Assembly: GCA_051294905.1 (NCBI GenBank)
Contig: CM119371.1
Location: forward strand, 14,572,001 to 14,636,000
DNA from: Botryllus schlosseri
Lineage: Eukaryota
Reading direction: 5' to 3'
Length of the DNA: 64,000 nucleotides
This document shows positions 25,601 through 40,600 of this stretch, piece by piece. The notes beneath the pieces were generated by a model. The model saw only the letters and a list, made by a program, of their open reading frames with translations, made no database searches and had not been told where the DNA came from. The position numbers and the translations under genes are program-made. How positions within the stretch are numbered: the stretch's first letter is position 1; every line of letters begins with the position of its first letter.

Positions 25601-28600
25601 AAATTATCTTTCTCATTGTTCTGTTCATCCATTATAATAGGCGAAAGCGATGATAGCATTGGTGAAGCAGCGTGGATGGACTTACATTGCGATTGTTTAC
25701 GAAGATGACACTTACGGATTGCGCGGTTTTCAAGGTAGCAATATTCCAAATTATTGATTCCTTTCACCAGCTCGTCTCCATTACTGCAAATGAATACCGT
25801 GTGCTCCATCACGGGGTCCGGGGGAAATCAGGTCAACGGCATTTTCCGATGCGAAATGTTGCTTTCACGACCATTCCATTTAATGAAAATGGGGCAAATA
25901 CCATACACCAATCAATATCGATATATATCCCAGGAGTTGTACTTGCGTGTGCCAAGCTAAGAAAGAACAAGTTGGTATTTTGGGTATCCACGCTATTTCA
26001 GTTACATTGGTTATTTTACACCGCAAGCCGATATGCCTTCTTGCGGTGGTTTCCCGCCTTTTTTCCTTCATTCCCAACTTCTGATTCTTTTTGGGTCACC
26101 ATGAATATGTACCGATTTTTGTCTGAGATTAGCTTCTCTGGAAAGCTTTAACTTCCGCGTCTACTCGGTCAGGGTTTGTTTCTTTTATTCACACAATTGG
26201 CGCTTATCAACAGTTGGGTCATTTGCGCCCGTTCACAATTTCATAAGTTCGCATCTTTTGAGGTCTTTCCGCTTTCTTGCGTACTTTTTCTGGTCTCTGC
26301 TGTCAGCTTTCCTGAGTTCGACTCTCTCCTCGTCTGGGCTTTTGAAGACGGTGTATTTATGGCGGGATCGGCGATGAGGATCCGAGATAAACTTCCGTCA
26401 CATCCCTAGGTCAGGGTAAAACGAGGGGAGGAGCGAGACCCGTAAATGCCCATAAACATTCGATATTGATATGCCCGACCGTAGAATAAGTCAACAGCGC
26501 ATCGCCCCGTCCTTGTAATCTGAGCACCGCCGCAAAAATGCGGCCCACATAAAAATAATGTACGCTAATTTCAAATCGCGAGCGTCAAAACTGATTGTCA
26601 GCATTTTCTCTATTTGATTCATGCCCGTAAAACGCAGCATACTAACATTAAAAATACATTATTTTGAAGTGTGAGGATTGGGTCTCGAGATGCCAATAAA
26701 ATTGACATTTGGTTCGCGATCAAAAATTTAAGAAACTCTGCTGTATAACAAGGCCTATATTAATTTTGTAATTCACAGAACTAAGAGATCTGGGCGAAAA
26801 GGAAGGAGTATGCATCAGCGCGTTTCACCCGGTGCCACGCAGCCCGAAACAGCATCACTTCGAGGCTATAGTGACAGACATATTGGCTACTAAATCTAGA
26901 GGTATGGTATACGTCATCGGACCAAATGTGACGTTACTAATAGCGCTAACTATGAGCTAATCCATCCGTCGATTTATATTCGAGCGTCGTGCGAAAGTTT
27001 ACAACTGCATAAGTGTGCGCCGACAATTCACAGTATATTATAATACTATATAGAATTCTCTACGTATTACGTCTGTCACATTCCTTTTCCATGATCAGAC
27101 TTCGTACAAACGTGTTCCGATTGATTACAGTTTTGAGAAATTGCCACGTCCAGACACCTGGAAATTAGTAACTGGATAATTCCCGAGGTAGAACTATAAA
27201 TTGATGGCTGCGTAACTTGTATCGCTTTATATCAAACGGCATCTACATGCAGGTGGGATTTTGCGTGGACCACAGTGTAAAATGATATGAAATGATCGCA
27301 ATCCTCTTGACGACACTTAACATACTGAATTTTTGAATTTGTATTGGCCTTAGCTATTTTGCAGCACACTTGGTTGAGGTATAGTTCGCCTTACTAATCG
27401 ATCAGTAGAAGTAATACCGTACATTTCTACTCAATTACAATTCAGTCTTAGCGGGAAGGGTGTGGATTTCCACCCGTGTATGTGTACCTGATATACGGGT
27501 GTTCATATACACCCATGGAACAAGAAACCATAACCTACCTCAGATTTATACCGCGGTATTAATCAGGCAAAACATTTTAATCCAAAGTATGCTTGCACGT
27601 AGGAACGTAGGCACGCAGTGTAGGCATGTAGGTAGGGATGTGTACAAAACAAAAAACACTTTAAAATCAAAAACAGGGCCCTGTTTTAAAACATGTTTTT
27701 TCTTTTTTTCTATGTCATGACGTCATGTATATTCAAATGTGACGTCATAGTCTATTGGTATTCACAATTGAAAATATAGGGTAAATATAGCTCCCTAGAC
27801 GAAATAGACTTCCAACCCTTGTCATATGCCTACCAAAAATATCAGTAACCAGGACTACATCGTCTTGCAGCATTTTTACGGTCGGCGGTCATCATCATCA
27901 AAACATTCATTCCGTACCAAAGATCTATATCTATATCTATACGTACTATAACTGTTGAGCCGACTGTTTCGAGGGTTCCAACCATCCCGTATCGTATACG
28001 TCGGCATGATCGGGTGATAATCAACGTCCGTTGGCTCATACAACATGTTTTTTGAACGTTTTCACACAATTATGGCATAATTACACAAGTTGAATTTTTT
28101 TTAATATAAAGGCCATTGTTAAAATTACTTTGTTTTCAACAGTTTTAAACAACCATTTGTTGTAAATGCAACCCTACCGTGATGCATGGCCATTTCCTCC
28201 AGTAGATATAACAATATCACTTATCTAAATGATACAGACATCACAAAACTACTACTAATTTGCCAATCAACGCATCTATGTTCGCGGTGTTTATCATGTA
28301 CTCAAATTATAAATCGCGATTGCACCCTAGCGTCAAGCACCATCACGATCAACGGACACTAGCTGGTAAGAGGAAAGTGGGGGTGAATAATGTACCTAGC
28401 TAGGCGTAGTACTAGGGCTTGTCACAATGATTGTAGTATCAATTTTATTGAGTCGAGTTTTTCGATTAAAACGAGTGTACGCCTTCAAACTTACAGTAGT
28501 GTTTCATCAACGCAATTAGAGTTTGAATACGTTATCTTCACCGACAGAGTATCCATACCTGGGTAACGCCCGGATTGCGCCTATACCTGTCGTATTATTA

Positions 28601-31600
28601 CTCATTTTTCCTCACTCGCGAATATACACGCTGCAATTTAAAAGTAGCCACCTCCGGTTGACTGCTATGAGTAATTGAGTATGCGACCCCCGACCATAAA
28701 TATCTTTTGAAACTACTTATGTGATTTCATGTCTACATTTCCAAAGCTAGCTAAACTTTGACCACCTCCGTCGCTAACATATATTGCAGCCGTGATTGTC
28801 TTCACGAAGAGCAATGACGCGTCAAAACTCATGAAAGCCGCGCAGGAGGTTGGCGGTCAGGCGCGGGAACTTCTGTTGATAGGCTCAGACGGCTGGACGA
28901 ACGAGATTCCTAATCCCGCCGACGTATCCGACGACGAGATCTTGCACGGTAGTGATTTCTAATAGGTCTACCTAGGTATAGTCACCGGCAATCACATTAG
29001 GACAATCCTATATTGCTCACGTGTAACTGGATGATAATGATAATGATAGCCTGGCCCTCCTCGCCATCTGATCGGCTTAAGCGGCATGTTTCAGAAAGCC
29101 TATAAGTGCGTTGTGCTACAAGTCGGCAGATAAGGAATTCCAATCAAGAAAATCGGCTTAGTTTAAATTAGCATTGCAGTCGAAAGACACCATGCCCACT
29201 ACAAAACAACAACAATCTGGATGACAATAACTAGCGTATAAGTGTTACGTTGAACAACAGCATCGCTGATAGATTGTGGAATGTGGATCCCAATTCGATC
29301 TCAGTAAGCGGTGTGTTAAGACTAGCAGAGCCGTGCAGTTAGAGTCAGACTTCACTCATTTTAGTCCTGACGGAGTCGCAGTCACTGAGATTATTTAGCA
29401 CTCTTTGGAGTCGGAGTGGGAATTGGGAACACATGCTGTTTGGATTCGGAATTTCGTAAAACCTAGCTACTCCTACTTTAAAATCTAACTAAATGTTCTC
29501 GAAGGTTATTAGAAAGTGTCGTTAGATTCACAGACGTAATTAAGTTGGTCACTTAGACGCACTTTCACCAACTTAATTTCTTCCCCCGGACACATTTTCT
29601 AAAAATAGGCTGGGTAGGTTGATTCACGTCGCAATATCAAAAACCTAAACTCCATAAACATATATTTGGCTGAGTAGATTTAAAAAGATCTTGTTGTCAG
29701 AGGTGGAGTCTGAGTCGGTGTGTTTAATGTTTCCGGAGGTCCGGAGACAGAATCGGAGTAGGTGTAACAAAAATGTGCCTTGGACGAAAGAGTGCTGCGC
29801 GGGGCTATTGCAGCACCGAAGCACCACGCATATAGAAACAACAACACCGCTTACGTATTACAGGCGCTGTAGGATTCCACCCATCTGCCAGTTCGCTGCA
29901 AGACTTTGACGAGTACTTTTTGAATCTCACGCTCGCACAGAATCTGAACAACTCCCGCAACCCGTGGTTCGCCGAATACATCTCGAAGAGTAACTTATGC
30001 GACGTAGGAAATGGTGATTACGTTTAGATTTATCTCATTATACACAATGTCAATGCCTATACTTGAGAACGATCCGATATCTCGTAAAACTAGGATATTG
30101 ATCAGTGAGTGAATCGCCGGGGTTCAAAATTATAGTTACAGGTCGAATACCATTCGATCCAGTCCTGCAAAAGAGTCATTGCTCCTTAATTTATCATTGT
30201 TGAACTGAAAATACATCGTATTCGCTCTGTTATGTCCACAAATATACTGTGCGATCATCTTGTTTGAGAAATTAGTGACACGAAACTCCTGAAAAAAATT
30301 GAATTTTCATCAATCTTCTCGTAAATTTGAAACGGCGCAATATTCTCAAATATGCGATATAAAACGTTCAGATTGCAACCTCCATACATTTTCTACATAT
30401 ACGCATAAATTGCGTTGGTAGATGCATATCTGATGTCGTGATATGTCCATCTCCCTGACAGTAATCACCGGAAGATGTGTAATAAATAGTTTTGACTATA
30501 AAAGTCCACTGGAATTCCGATGTTGACCAGCCACGAATTAAACTCTGGCATCCGTTTAGGGCAGTTGTTCCCAACTTTTTCTTTTCATTCCCCACTTCAG
30601 ATTTATTCCGAGCCTTCATTCCCCACAACCCAAAACTCCTATATACCCCCTAAAAATGTCACTCCATAACATTTGGCCAGACGTTTGACAGGGACTTGCT
30701 ATTGGAAACCCGCACCAGTACGCAATACAATCGCCCATAACGGCAACATAAAACGTATTGTGAACCGATACCGGTAACCCTCGAAACATATAGCCAAAAC
30801 GTTATTTGACGTCATACTGGTCGTGCTGGATGCGTTTGTGACGTCATGATTGATTAACCATAGTTAAAAACTGAGTTTTTATGAACACGACGCAATATAC
30901 TTTTCGATAGGCCTACCTACAGCAGCACATGTGTGGATTTGAAGGCGATGATTCTTTGCATTTTTGGGCGACTAGAAAGAATGAGTATTCAATGCTCTTC
31001 AGTGTGGTTCAAAAATGCTTGTCAATTCCTGCATCTAGTGCACTTGTGGAACGTGTATTCAGTAGATGTATGGATTCATTCTACGGCCATGCCGCTTTAA
31101 CATATTTGAGGATCTCCTTTCCACATTAGTATTTTTGAGGTGTAACTCATTGATTTGATCTGCTTCCTGTGAAAACACACAATGCCCCTCGTCCATTTGA
31201 CGTTTTGTTAGGTATGTGCATTGTACACGTGAGTAATAATGAATGGCTAATGTTGTGTGATGTTTGTACAATATGGCTGTTCTAAAATACCTTTTTTATT
31301 TTACTGGGTGGTTACATGATAAAATTGTTATGTTGCATGAAAGGAACACTGAATCTGGCTTCATTTGGAAAAAGTGGAATCAATGATGTGAGAGGAGAAT
31401 ATTTGTGATTTGAAAATAAATGGAGTATTTTAGTGAGAAATTCTTTCATGTATTATAATTACATAGTAGTAAGCCGACTATTTTTTCATATCCAAAACAT
31501 TCTACTCTAATAACTTCACTTTTTCTAGTTGGAATTGAGTCAAATTTGCTATGAATCATATTTTTACACAATGTAACAATATCATGAGATAGCCGGTAAA

Positions 31601-34600
31601 ATTCGAAAATCTCTATTTGTAATTAGTCTAAAATTTTCTTTCATAGCTTTCTACTGGTTGGAATTGAGCCAAATTTGATTTTTTAGGCAATCTAGCAATT
31701 TTAAGAAGTAGCCGGAAAATTTGAAAAAATGTTTTTGAACAGCCCCATTGTACAATTATTTATCCAATGCTGTAACTGCGATGTAGTCTGTAATGCAATT
31801 GGGAAAACCTTTAGTATAATCAAAAGGTATCTGTTCTGTTGTCACTGCACAATGCGCATAGTTGCATGCACGCTTTTAGAGCATGCTGGCCTGTTGTAAA
31901 TACCTCTACATAAACATGCATCTATTGATTCTCTATCAACTAGTATCTTGACGTGAATTTGTTGGTTCTCTATCAGATAGTATGTAGACGTGAATTCGTT
32001 GGTTCTCTATCAGCTATTCGTGAGCTATCGTCGATGTGTTCATAATAAAAACTGAATGCTTGTATTGGTGATGTATCAGACTGACAAGAGAGATATTTGA
32101 TTTTAAGTTCTAAGATTAGTAAAGGTATCTTTAGCATCGGTAAATCAGGCCAGGACCTGTCCGTTATCTGCCTAAAAAAAATAAACACGTGCCAAGACTC
32201 TGATAGGGACAAAATGAGCATGTTTCGCAAACAGGGAATTCGATATCACCCAGGCAGGATTGAAAACATGAGTTGAACATGACTTCAATATTGTGACTTG
32301 GACTCGACTCGAGTCATAACACCATGACTCGGACTTGACCCTTTAAACGGTGACTTGGACTCGGACTCGAGTCTGTGATGAATTGAAAATGACTCGACTC
32401 GACTCGAGTCAAAACTACAAAAGTATGATTGACTCGTGACTCGGAACCATGTGACTTGTTTACAACCCTGCATTACAGATTCCAGAGCGTTAACTGGTTG
32501 CGGTACTCGCGCATGGGTTTCCGTAAATTTGTACACTATCCTGTATATATTGTTTAGGAAATGCGTCTGTTGCCCCCCAGTGGGGAATTCCCCATCGGTT
32601 GGGAGCCACTGGTACCCCCTCGTTTCGCGAGGCATAATGTTCAAGTTGAGCATGATGCTCAAGTTGGAAATTAGTAAGATAGGAGCATTATAGCCACATC
32701 AATCTTCAAAGGATGCATATATATTTCAACAGTGATGTCACGTATAAAGTGTTACGTAACTAGCCGCCTTTCGCTCCTTTTAGGACTCCCCGCCAACGCT
32801 GATGGCTACGTTATGTGCTGGTAGGGCTGTTTCAATTGCTATGTAATTACCAATACGCTGAATTTAGAGGAGTAGAATCGTACCACTGAATCGATATACG
32901 ATCATCGATACTACAATGTTGCTAACATACGTTTACCGGTTTAGGAAGTGCAGTACGCGGACGAGAATGCGACATCGATGAAAGAGTCAACCCAGACTCT
33001 TTCCACAGTATGGCGCTTATGCAGGTAAAGCTATTGCTGCCTGCGTGGGACATTCAATTAAAACAGATCGCATGGAGTGAATCATCGTACTATGTGCGAG
33101 CATCACGCGTTTCAGCAGCATGCGGCACCTATAGCCATGTATCATGTTGCTTTACACATATAAGCTATGCAGTGTTGATGAGCTGCATTCTGTAATCGAC
33201 AAGCCGTGTGCTATATCACGTGGCCATTGATAATTTATCTTTTTCTTACATACTGTATTCGCACAATCGGGCTAGTCTAGTACTTGGTTCAATCTATCTT
33301 AACGTTACGTGCAGTTCAGCAACCCTGCTACTTCAATGAGAAGCCCTTTATTCGTCGATAAAACAGTATCATCCTACTCTAGAGTAACCTATATCGGCAG
33401 ATGCGCATGCGCTACTCAATCGTCACACTTGAATACTCAGATAGTTCTAATGCCGAGTCGGCCAAAAGCAGCATAATTCGTAGACCTACAGCTGGTAACC
33501 CGAAAGCTCAAATCTGATAAAATGGATGTGGATATAGTGAATGACTGTGTATTGCTAACCTACGGATTTACGCAGCTCAAGTCGTCACACTTGAATACCC
33601 AAAGAGATATACTACTATGTCATCGCAAACCACTATAATAATAATTGGTAGACCTATAGCTGGCGACCTGAGCGCTCATATTTAACAACACTGATCGTTA
33701 TCAAAAGCTAGTGTCGCACTGATACCGGTAAAAACTAATTAAAATCTGGTGAGGACAATGGAACCACTCCGAAATAGGTGTTAAAGCCGATTGTTTCGAA
33801 CAATCTGAGTGGGGCAACACCATGAGCATAACAATGGCCAATTTCGTCGAGCGATTTTACAGAAAAATGCCGCTTTCCCACTTTGACGACTATTTCGGGG
33901 TGGTTCCATTGTCCCGACCAGATTTTAAGTTGTATTTTCGGAATCAGCGCGACATAGTAGCTTTTGATTGACACCAGTCCAACAAATTATGCCAAACAAC
34001 TGTCTATTTTACAATTCAGTTATTGGTGCAAATACTTCCGAATTCATCTCGTTTATTACGATATTCTTTCTTTACCGCAGCATGTGGGCGACGCTGTTTT
34101 GGCATTGATCCACGCGCTTGACGAACATCACAAAAAAGTATGTAAGGGCAAGCATGAAATGTGCTGGGCGATATCACGTGACGTCGGTACCACTCGCCTG
34201 GCTTCGAAATTGGTCCCGATTTTGAAGAGGATCAATTTCACCAGTAAGTGCTCGTTAACGTTTGCAACAACCGTTGGAAATTCATTGTAAATACGAGGGT
34301 CTTGATGAGGTGCTTTAACCAGATATCCATGCGCCGAGTGGAAATCAGGCCATCAGCACATTCTGCTGCCAAATTTAGCTTTTCAACCCATTACTATGTT
34401 GTGAAAACCAGTGAAATAGGCCAATCAATATGGAGCCCGGGGATTTAGTGGCCTCTGTGTACTTACTACCTCTAATAGCATTCCCAAAGTATTAACTTGT
34501 CTCGTGAAAGTGCGCCCTTACCTTATTAGAACTCAATGCTAGGGGAATTGGATGAGAATTGAATAAGGGTAAGTAAAAAATCAATTTTAAGCATTTGGGC

Positions 34601-37600
34601 TCGATTTTGATAAGGTAAGCTTCCTGAACTGTATTGAATTGTAGTCCCCCTTTATCATTGCTGAGCATTTTTTAATTAGCATATAGTTTTTGTAAGAACA
34701 CAGAAATCAACCTTTTATGGGAACCGACGGTATATAGGCAGGTTGTGAAAAGCAATAATACCCCATCCAAATTTCTAATCGGACATCTTCTCTCGTCTGC
34801 ACAATCGACTACACAAATTATTTCCAACGCCCGCATTTCAATTTTAATCCTGGTTGCGGTTCTATTTCTCGTTTTGTTTTTATTAAATTCAATAGACCTG
34901 AATAGTGATTGTATTCCTAAATTCTTTCGCTTTGATAGATTCCAACGGAAAGGCGGTATATTTCGATGCAACTCAGGACGGGCCAACGTCGTACGATATT
35001 CTCAACTACAGAATTGATCGCAATGTTACGCCGAAATCTCGTATAGAACGATGGGAAAAAGTGGGATTCTTCGTGAATGATGGTAAGACAAGAGCCACCG
35101 TGGTCCTAAATACCATTACAAAATAAATCGTTCACCTGATCGATTGTTTAATCATGAGTGCAATGATGTCGCAATGATTGAATCGGGCCCGTTGAAAGAA
35201 TATTTGCGCCTTTTCATCATAATTTGGTAAATGGGAAATCTCAGGTTTCACATGACCATCATCTTCACCTGTTAATAATAAACAGGCATTTTGCAAAAGC
35301 CTTGTCCGAGTATTATCCTTGTTGCGTAGTATCGCTGTAAGTTTTATATGTTGTGGCTGTAATCCAGATATACACTTGTTACTTTCTAGCTATCCACTGG
35401 AGTAAGAAATTAGTCGACAAGGTGTATTCCACAGAGTCGGTCTGCAGTAAGGCATGCGGCCCTGGGATGGCTACCATAATTGAAACAGAGGTATAGTAAT
35501 ATCCATCTATTTCCAACAGAGGTGGTCAGTGTGACGAAGTACTTGTACTTTTTGCTGGTACTCAAATAGCTTTTTCGTAGTTTTGCTGTACACGCCCAAA
35601 TGGTCTTGCTTTTATATACGATAGGCCTATACGTAACAGTTTTCGGGCAAATTGTTTGGAAACGCTTGGGAATTTGAAAAGTAGATAATAGGTTTTGGAT
35701 TTGCTTGCATCCTTTTCATATGAGAAAAGAGTGAAAACTGGACGAAAAAGCCAATGTATCAAGGTAATTGGATATCTTTTCAAAGATTAGTTTTACTGCC
35801 ATCGGTCGTTTTGCGTTAGTCGCGATGATGCACCCAGAAAACTGGCCCACTTCGGTTAACCGCTAAACGTATGCGATCCATCAACCACAATTACTTTAAT
35901 AGAAATTTACGGCGTTACTCCTTCTACTTTAGTAGCAATCCCGACTACCTTCACTACCTCTGTTTACCAGTTACATAAGGTGCTCCCATTTGCCGGATAG
36001 GTTATATGTTACTTGACATAGCAATTGCTATCATCTAGGCTACTTAAGATGAAGTTGCTATTAGGAGTGCCATATTTTTAAATTGACCCCGACATCTTGC
36101 AGAAATATGGAACTATTTGTCATCGTTGAATTGTTTCATTTTACTGTTTTGTTAACTCTCCTACCTTTAGATTTGCTGCTGGCATTGCGAGCAGTGCGCG
36201 GACTATGAGTATGTGTCCGATAACGGCACATCCTGCTCCAAATGCCCGCCAGGGCGCAAGCCGAACTTCTACCAAACGGGCTGTGAACTGCTTCCAGTTA
36301 GGTAAGTAAGAGTTGAAATCATTTTTGCAAATGGACACCTCTACAGTGAAGCAAGTTCTATTACTGGACAAAGCAACCGCAAAACATTCAGTTGAAAATT
36401 ATGATTTTTATTCCAAGAGAAATATCTTACCAAAGGGATTACGGAATCGCGTGCGTGTGCGTCAGTTGTGTGGGGCTACTTCTGACGCTGATTGTCACGG
36501 TGATCTATGTGATGCACAGGGACACACCTATTGTAAAAGCTTCCGGAAATGTAAGTACATAAGTAAAATTATATTGTAGTGCGAGTCGATCATGACTTGA
36601 CATTTATGTTGTACCATTCATATTCTTAGCCTTGTGCATAGTGTTTTCCAATGCTGAGTTACGTTGAACCGAGGCCCTAGATCTCGGTGTCACAACTTCA
36701 AGACTAAAGTATTTAAACTGTATATATGGGGGACGCTGGGCTCAGGGGAGAAGCGCTGAAAATATTGCGTCGCAGTAGAAGGTGCAGTAGGGACATTATA
36801 GAGTAGAAAGAATGTTCTATATATTCCTGAGTTCTCTTTGCAAATTACCATTCGATAAAATCTGTCAAATCTCGAAATATTTCGTCGCCCTGCGCGCGAA
36901 ATATGTGCTGTCAATGTTTGCAACATATTTTCATGTACGCAGTGGTGTATTATAATTCACGTAAAATGCATTGTACGTACTTTTAGACCGCCAAACCCCC
37001 GCGAAATTACTCCCATCACGCTAGCGTGGGTTATTTTCCACAAAATGTTTCAAATTAGGTATTTGATCCCGCAGCGAATATCGAGTCGAAATCGAAGAAG
37101 GAAGCATTGTACCACTTTTAATAGTGAGGGCCCTTAGTACAGTAAAGATGCTTTAAAGCTTTTTGGTCAGAATACATTTGCATTTGAGAGATGCAAAATT
37201 CAATCTTCAGAATATTTCTTCATCTTATCATTAAGGATGATGATGTTTAGTCTTATGACCCGCAACCTCACCTCACATGAACGTTCCGTTATAAAATATG
37301 GGTTGCTTTGTTTGGAATATATTCATGTTCAAGTGAAATACTGGATGCAGTACTAAATTCAATGTGAACAAAGATCTCAACCACTATCTCAGCTGATTTA
37401 CTAGTCATGGAAAGCAATAAAAGAAAATCCACGCAATGCAAGGTAAATTTTGGATGTCTACACCGGGCTACAACCAGATGGTATGAGCCCGTGCCCGATG
37501 GTTGTTATAACAACTTTAATTTGATCCCGAATATAGCACACACCATTGTCATAGCGTTAATTAGTCGAGTGGTTCTCGGGTGCAAATCAAGCTATTTCCA

Positions 37601-40600
37601 ATAGTAAAGTCCCAACCTGAAATGACCGACCGGCCTTCGAACTCTTACCCCTTGTTTCACTACCGTCCTTAAAATATGAGGGGGGGGCACAAGACCTAGG
37701 TTATTTTCGAAAAGGGGCGCTGCGGGAACAAAGGTTAAGAACCACTGATTTAAGAGTATCGAAATCAACAGAAAACACAACCCCACTTTCTTTCTATTTC
37801 AGGAACTCTGTTTCTTCATTTTGTTCGGAATTACGATCACTTTTCTCAACTTCTTCGCGATGGCGGCGCGACCCACTCTCACGTCATGCGCCATATCGAG
37901 AATAATACTGGGACTGGGGCCCACTATCATCTACGCCGGGCTGGTAACGAAGACGGTGCGGGTTGTGATCATCTTCCGCTCTAAGGGTACCTTGAAGTTG
38001 ATGGTAATTAACGAATTTGAATTTATAGTGAATTATGTTTATTTCGAACACCAACTCGTTTTTCATTCATTGGGCACTGACACAGTCACTAGCATTGGTG
38101 GAATCCACTCTACACGTTTAGAGCAACTTTTCACGAGAGTGATATTTTTGATTTGACCCTCGCACTAACTATATTAGGTCTTTGATATTGAAATTTTGCC
38201 ATATCAACAATATATGCTCGGGCCTAGGAAGTTCTTGAAGATGGAGCGTGGTATAGCAAGTGTAAAAGATGCGATCAACTGCATTTTGCAATTCAGAGAA
38301 TGTTGTACGGTATGAATTAGGATTTACGCGAACACGAATGTTACATACACATAAATCCATGCAATATCCCCATAATTTATGTTTGCTTGCAGTATTACAG
38401 TCATATTTTAAAACCGAAAGTACATTCGGTATTGTATGTATAAGAGTCACACTTATAGGTCGCGAGGTATTTCCAATCAACATTTTCGAGACCAAACCGC
38501 CGTATGGCAGCTGTCGCTGAAAAACAGATTTCTGGCAACTCATTTCTGTAGTATTCAGTATTCACCGCCACATAGCGCCATCTAGCGCGGTGATCGTCGG
38601 AAGTTCAAGAACTTTTCGAAACCAGTCGTGTTCTACACTACAAGTAAATCTCGACGGGCCATATCTACCGGTAATCAGATATTTGGTAATCTCTGAGTCT
38701 CGTAAATCTAATGAAACACACGAAACGGTGCGTTTAATGGGGGGTAACTGAGTTTTACGCATATTTTGTCAAGAACAAGATTATATCGATATGCAAACTG
38801 CAGAGTACGCCTACGTGCTTTGTAAGCTCAGCATTCAAGACTGAATGAAGCAATCCGATTGTCAAGTTGCTGTAATGTAACATAAAATAACCCAGGCAAT
38901 TTGTCTGCCAGCACATTAAAGACGCGAGATTACACCTTACTCATTGTCCATGTGCACTGTGCAGTATGTCACCTCGCCAACTCAACATAACACGTTCAAA
39001 TCTCTTACAGACGAGAAAATACCTGCAGCCGTGCTACCAACTCTTGACAGCGTCCGGATTGGTGCTGTTGCAAGTTCTTGTGGTATTGCTGTGGCTGATT
39101 TTGAGCCCGCCCGAAGTTTCCGAACACTATACGACGAGCGAAATCGTGTACCGCGCCTGCAGTCATTTGGTCGATCTGCTAATCTTCATTGCGCTTCTAT
39201 ATCCGTTTCTTTTAATCGTAATCTGTACAATAGTAGCCACTGCGAACAGGCACATCCCGACTGGATTCAATGAGACAAAATATATCGGTGAGTAGCCGAC
39301 TTCATTGGTTCCAGACATTCACCTTGTATAGCAGCTAGATATGAAGCAAAAACTAACCTGCTCGGTAAGAGCATGGACGATGTTTTATGACGTCAATGCG
39401 AAAGCACTTTCATGCGACTGAAGGCGAATCTGCTGTCCAATCAAATGTGTTCAAATTATCGCAGTATATGTGACATTTGCAGCGCTCGTGCCCCTTGAGA
39501 GCTTTCATTAATATTTCTCGCAACAACAACAATTGATGTTAACAATATTTAAACTAACCGGACGATTGACATGAAATCGAACGTTGCGCGGACACTTATT
39601 TGGAGTTGAATAAATCTGCCCATAGAAATTCCAATTTTTGTTGGTTTGCAAAATATTTTGGACGATAGTTAGCGTACCCTCTGATTTGGTGCTTCTTACT
39701 CCGTATTGGTCCTCAGGCTCCTAGTTAAGAGCCATTGCATAAATGGAATGGATATTTTACAACCTTGATTCCGTTGAAATTTTGTGTTTAAAACCAGAAA
39801 ATACCATTAATAAGGACCCTGTAAAGTCGACATATATGCTATATTGCAGTGGTCGGGAACCTTTTTCGTCTGAAGAGCCATGTTAGCCCTATATTTTCCA
39901 TTTTAACTCCAAGAGCCATGCATGTCCATCGATTGTTACGTCGCAATTGAAAATTCCTATTACAAATAATAACTCCCTAAATGGGATTAATCGTGGGTAC
40001 CAGATTTTCTCTGTAAAAATTGGTAGGCTACTAATAATCCTGTGGTAGCGCAAATCATCGTAAATATCTTAGAATTTATAATAATTGATATTAATCTAAT
40101 ATAACTGTAGCACTAATTCCAAAAATCTAAATATTGATCGACTTCTCAATTCGGCGGTACAATAAACGTTGCAATACACGCCTACATTTTAATGGCAGTA
40201 CTAGAAAGCTACTTATCAATGACGAACGCGGGTGGCAAAGCGTTATTTGTAATTTAGATTTGTAATTGGAATGTCACATCCAAGGCAGCTCATCTCTCGG
40301 CGTAGATCAGGAAGACAGCGTGCATTTGAAAACTAGATCGTCATATAGGCGTCCCCATGTCAGGCTATTCTCTTTGATCAACCAACGTGTGGTGTCATCC
40401 AAGATTACGCAGCGTGCGATGCCGGTACATCGAATTCGCGAGGGATATTAGTCGCTGGCGCTACAGGAACTTAAATTTGAGAATTTTGTGAAGGGGTCCA
40501 AGCCCTTAACCTGGGATACGCCACTGTTTTGACCTCTTAAATAGATGTTTATGGTGCCACGAGTGTAATTATTCTAGCCGTTAATAAAATTTACTAACAA

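Noticed and set aside
24200..26420. Cluster of ORFs on both strands resembling a decayed viral or TE coding insert
   Set aside because: The coding signal is explained by three + strand receptor exons; the rest shows no recognisable motif.
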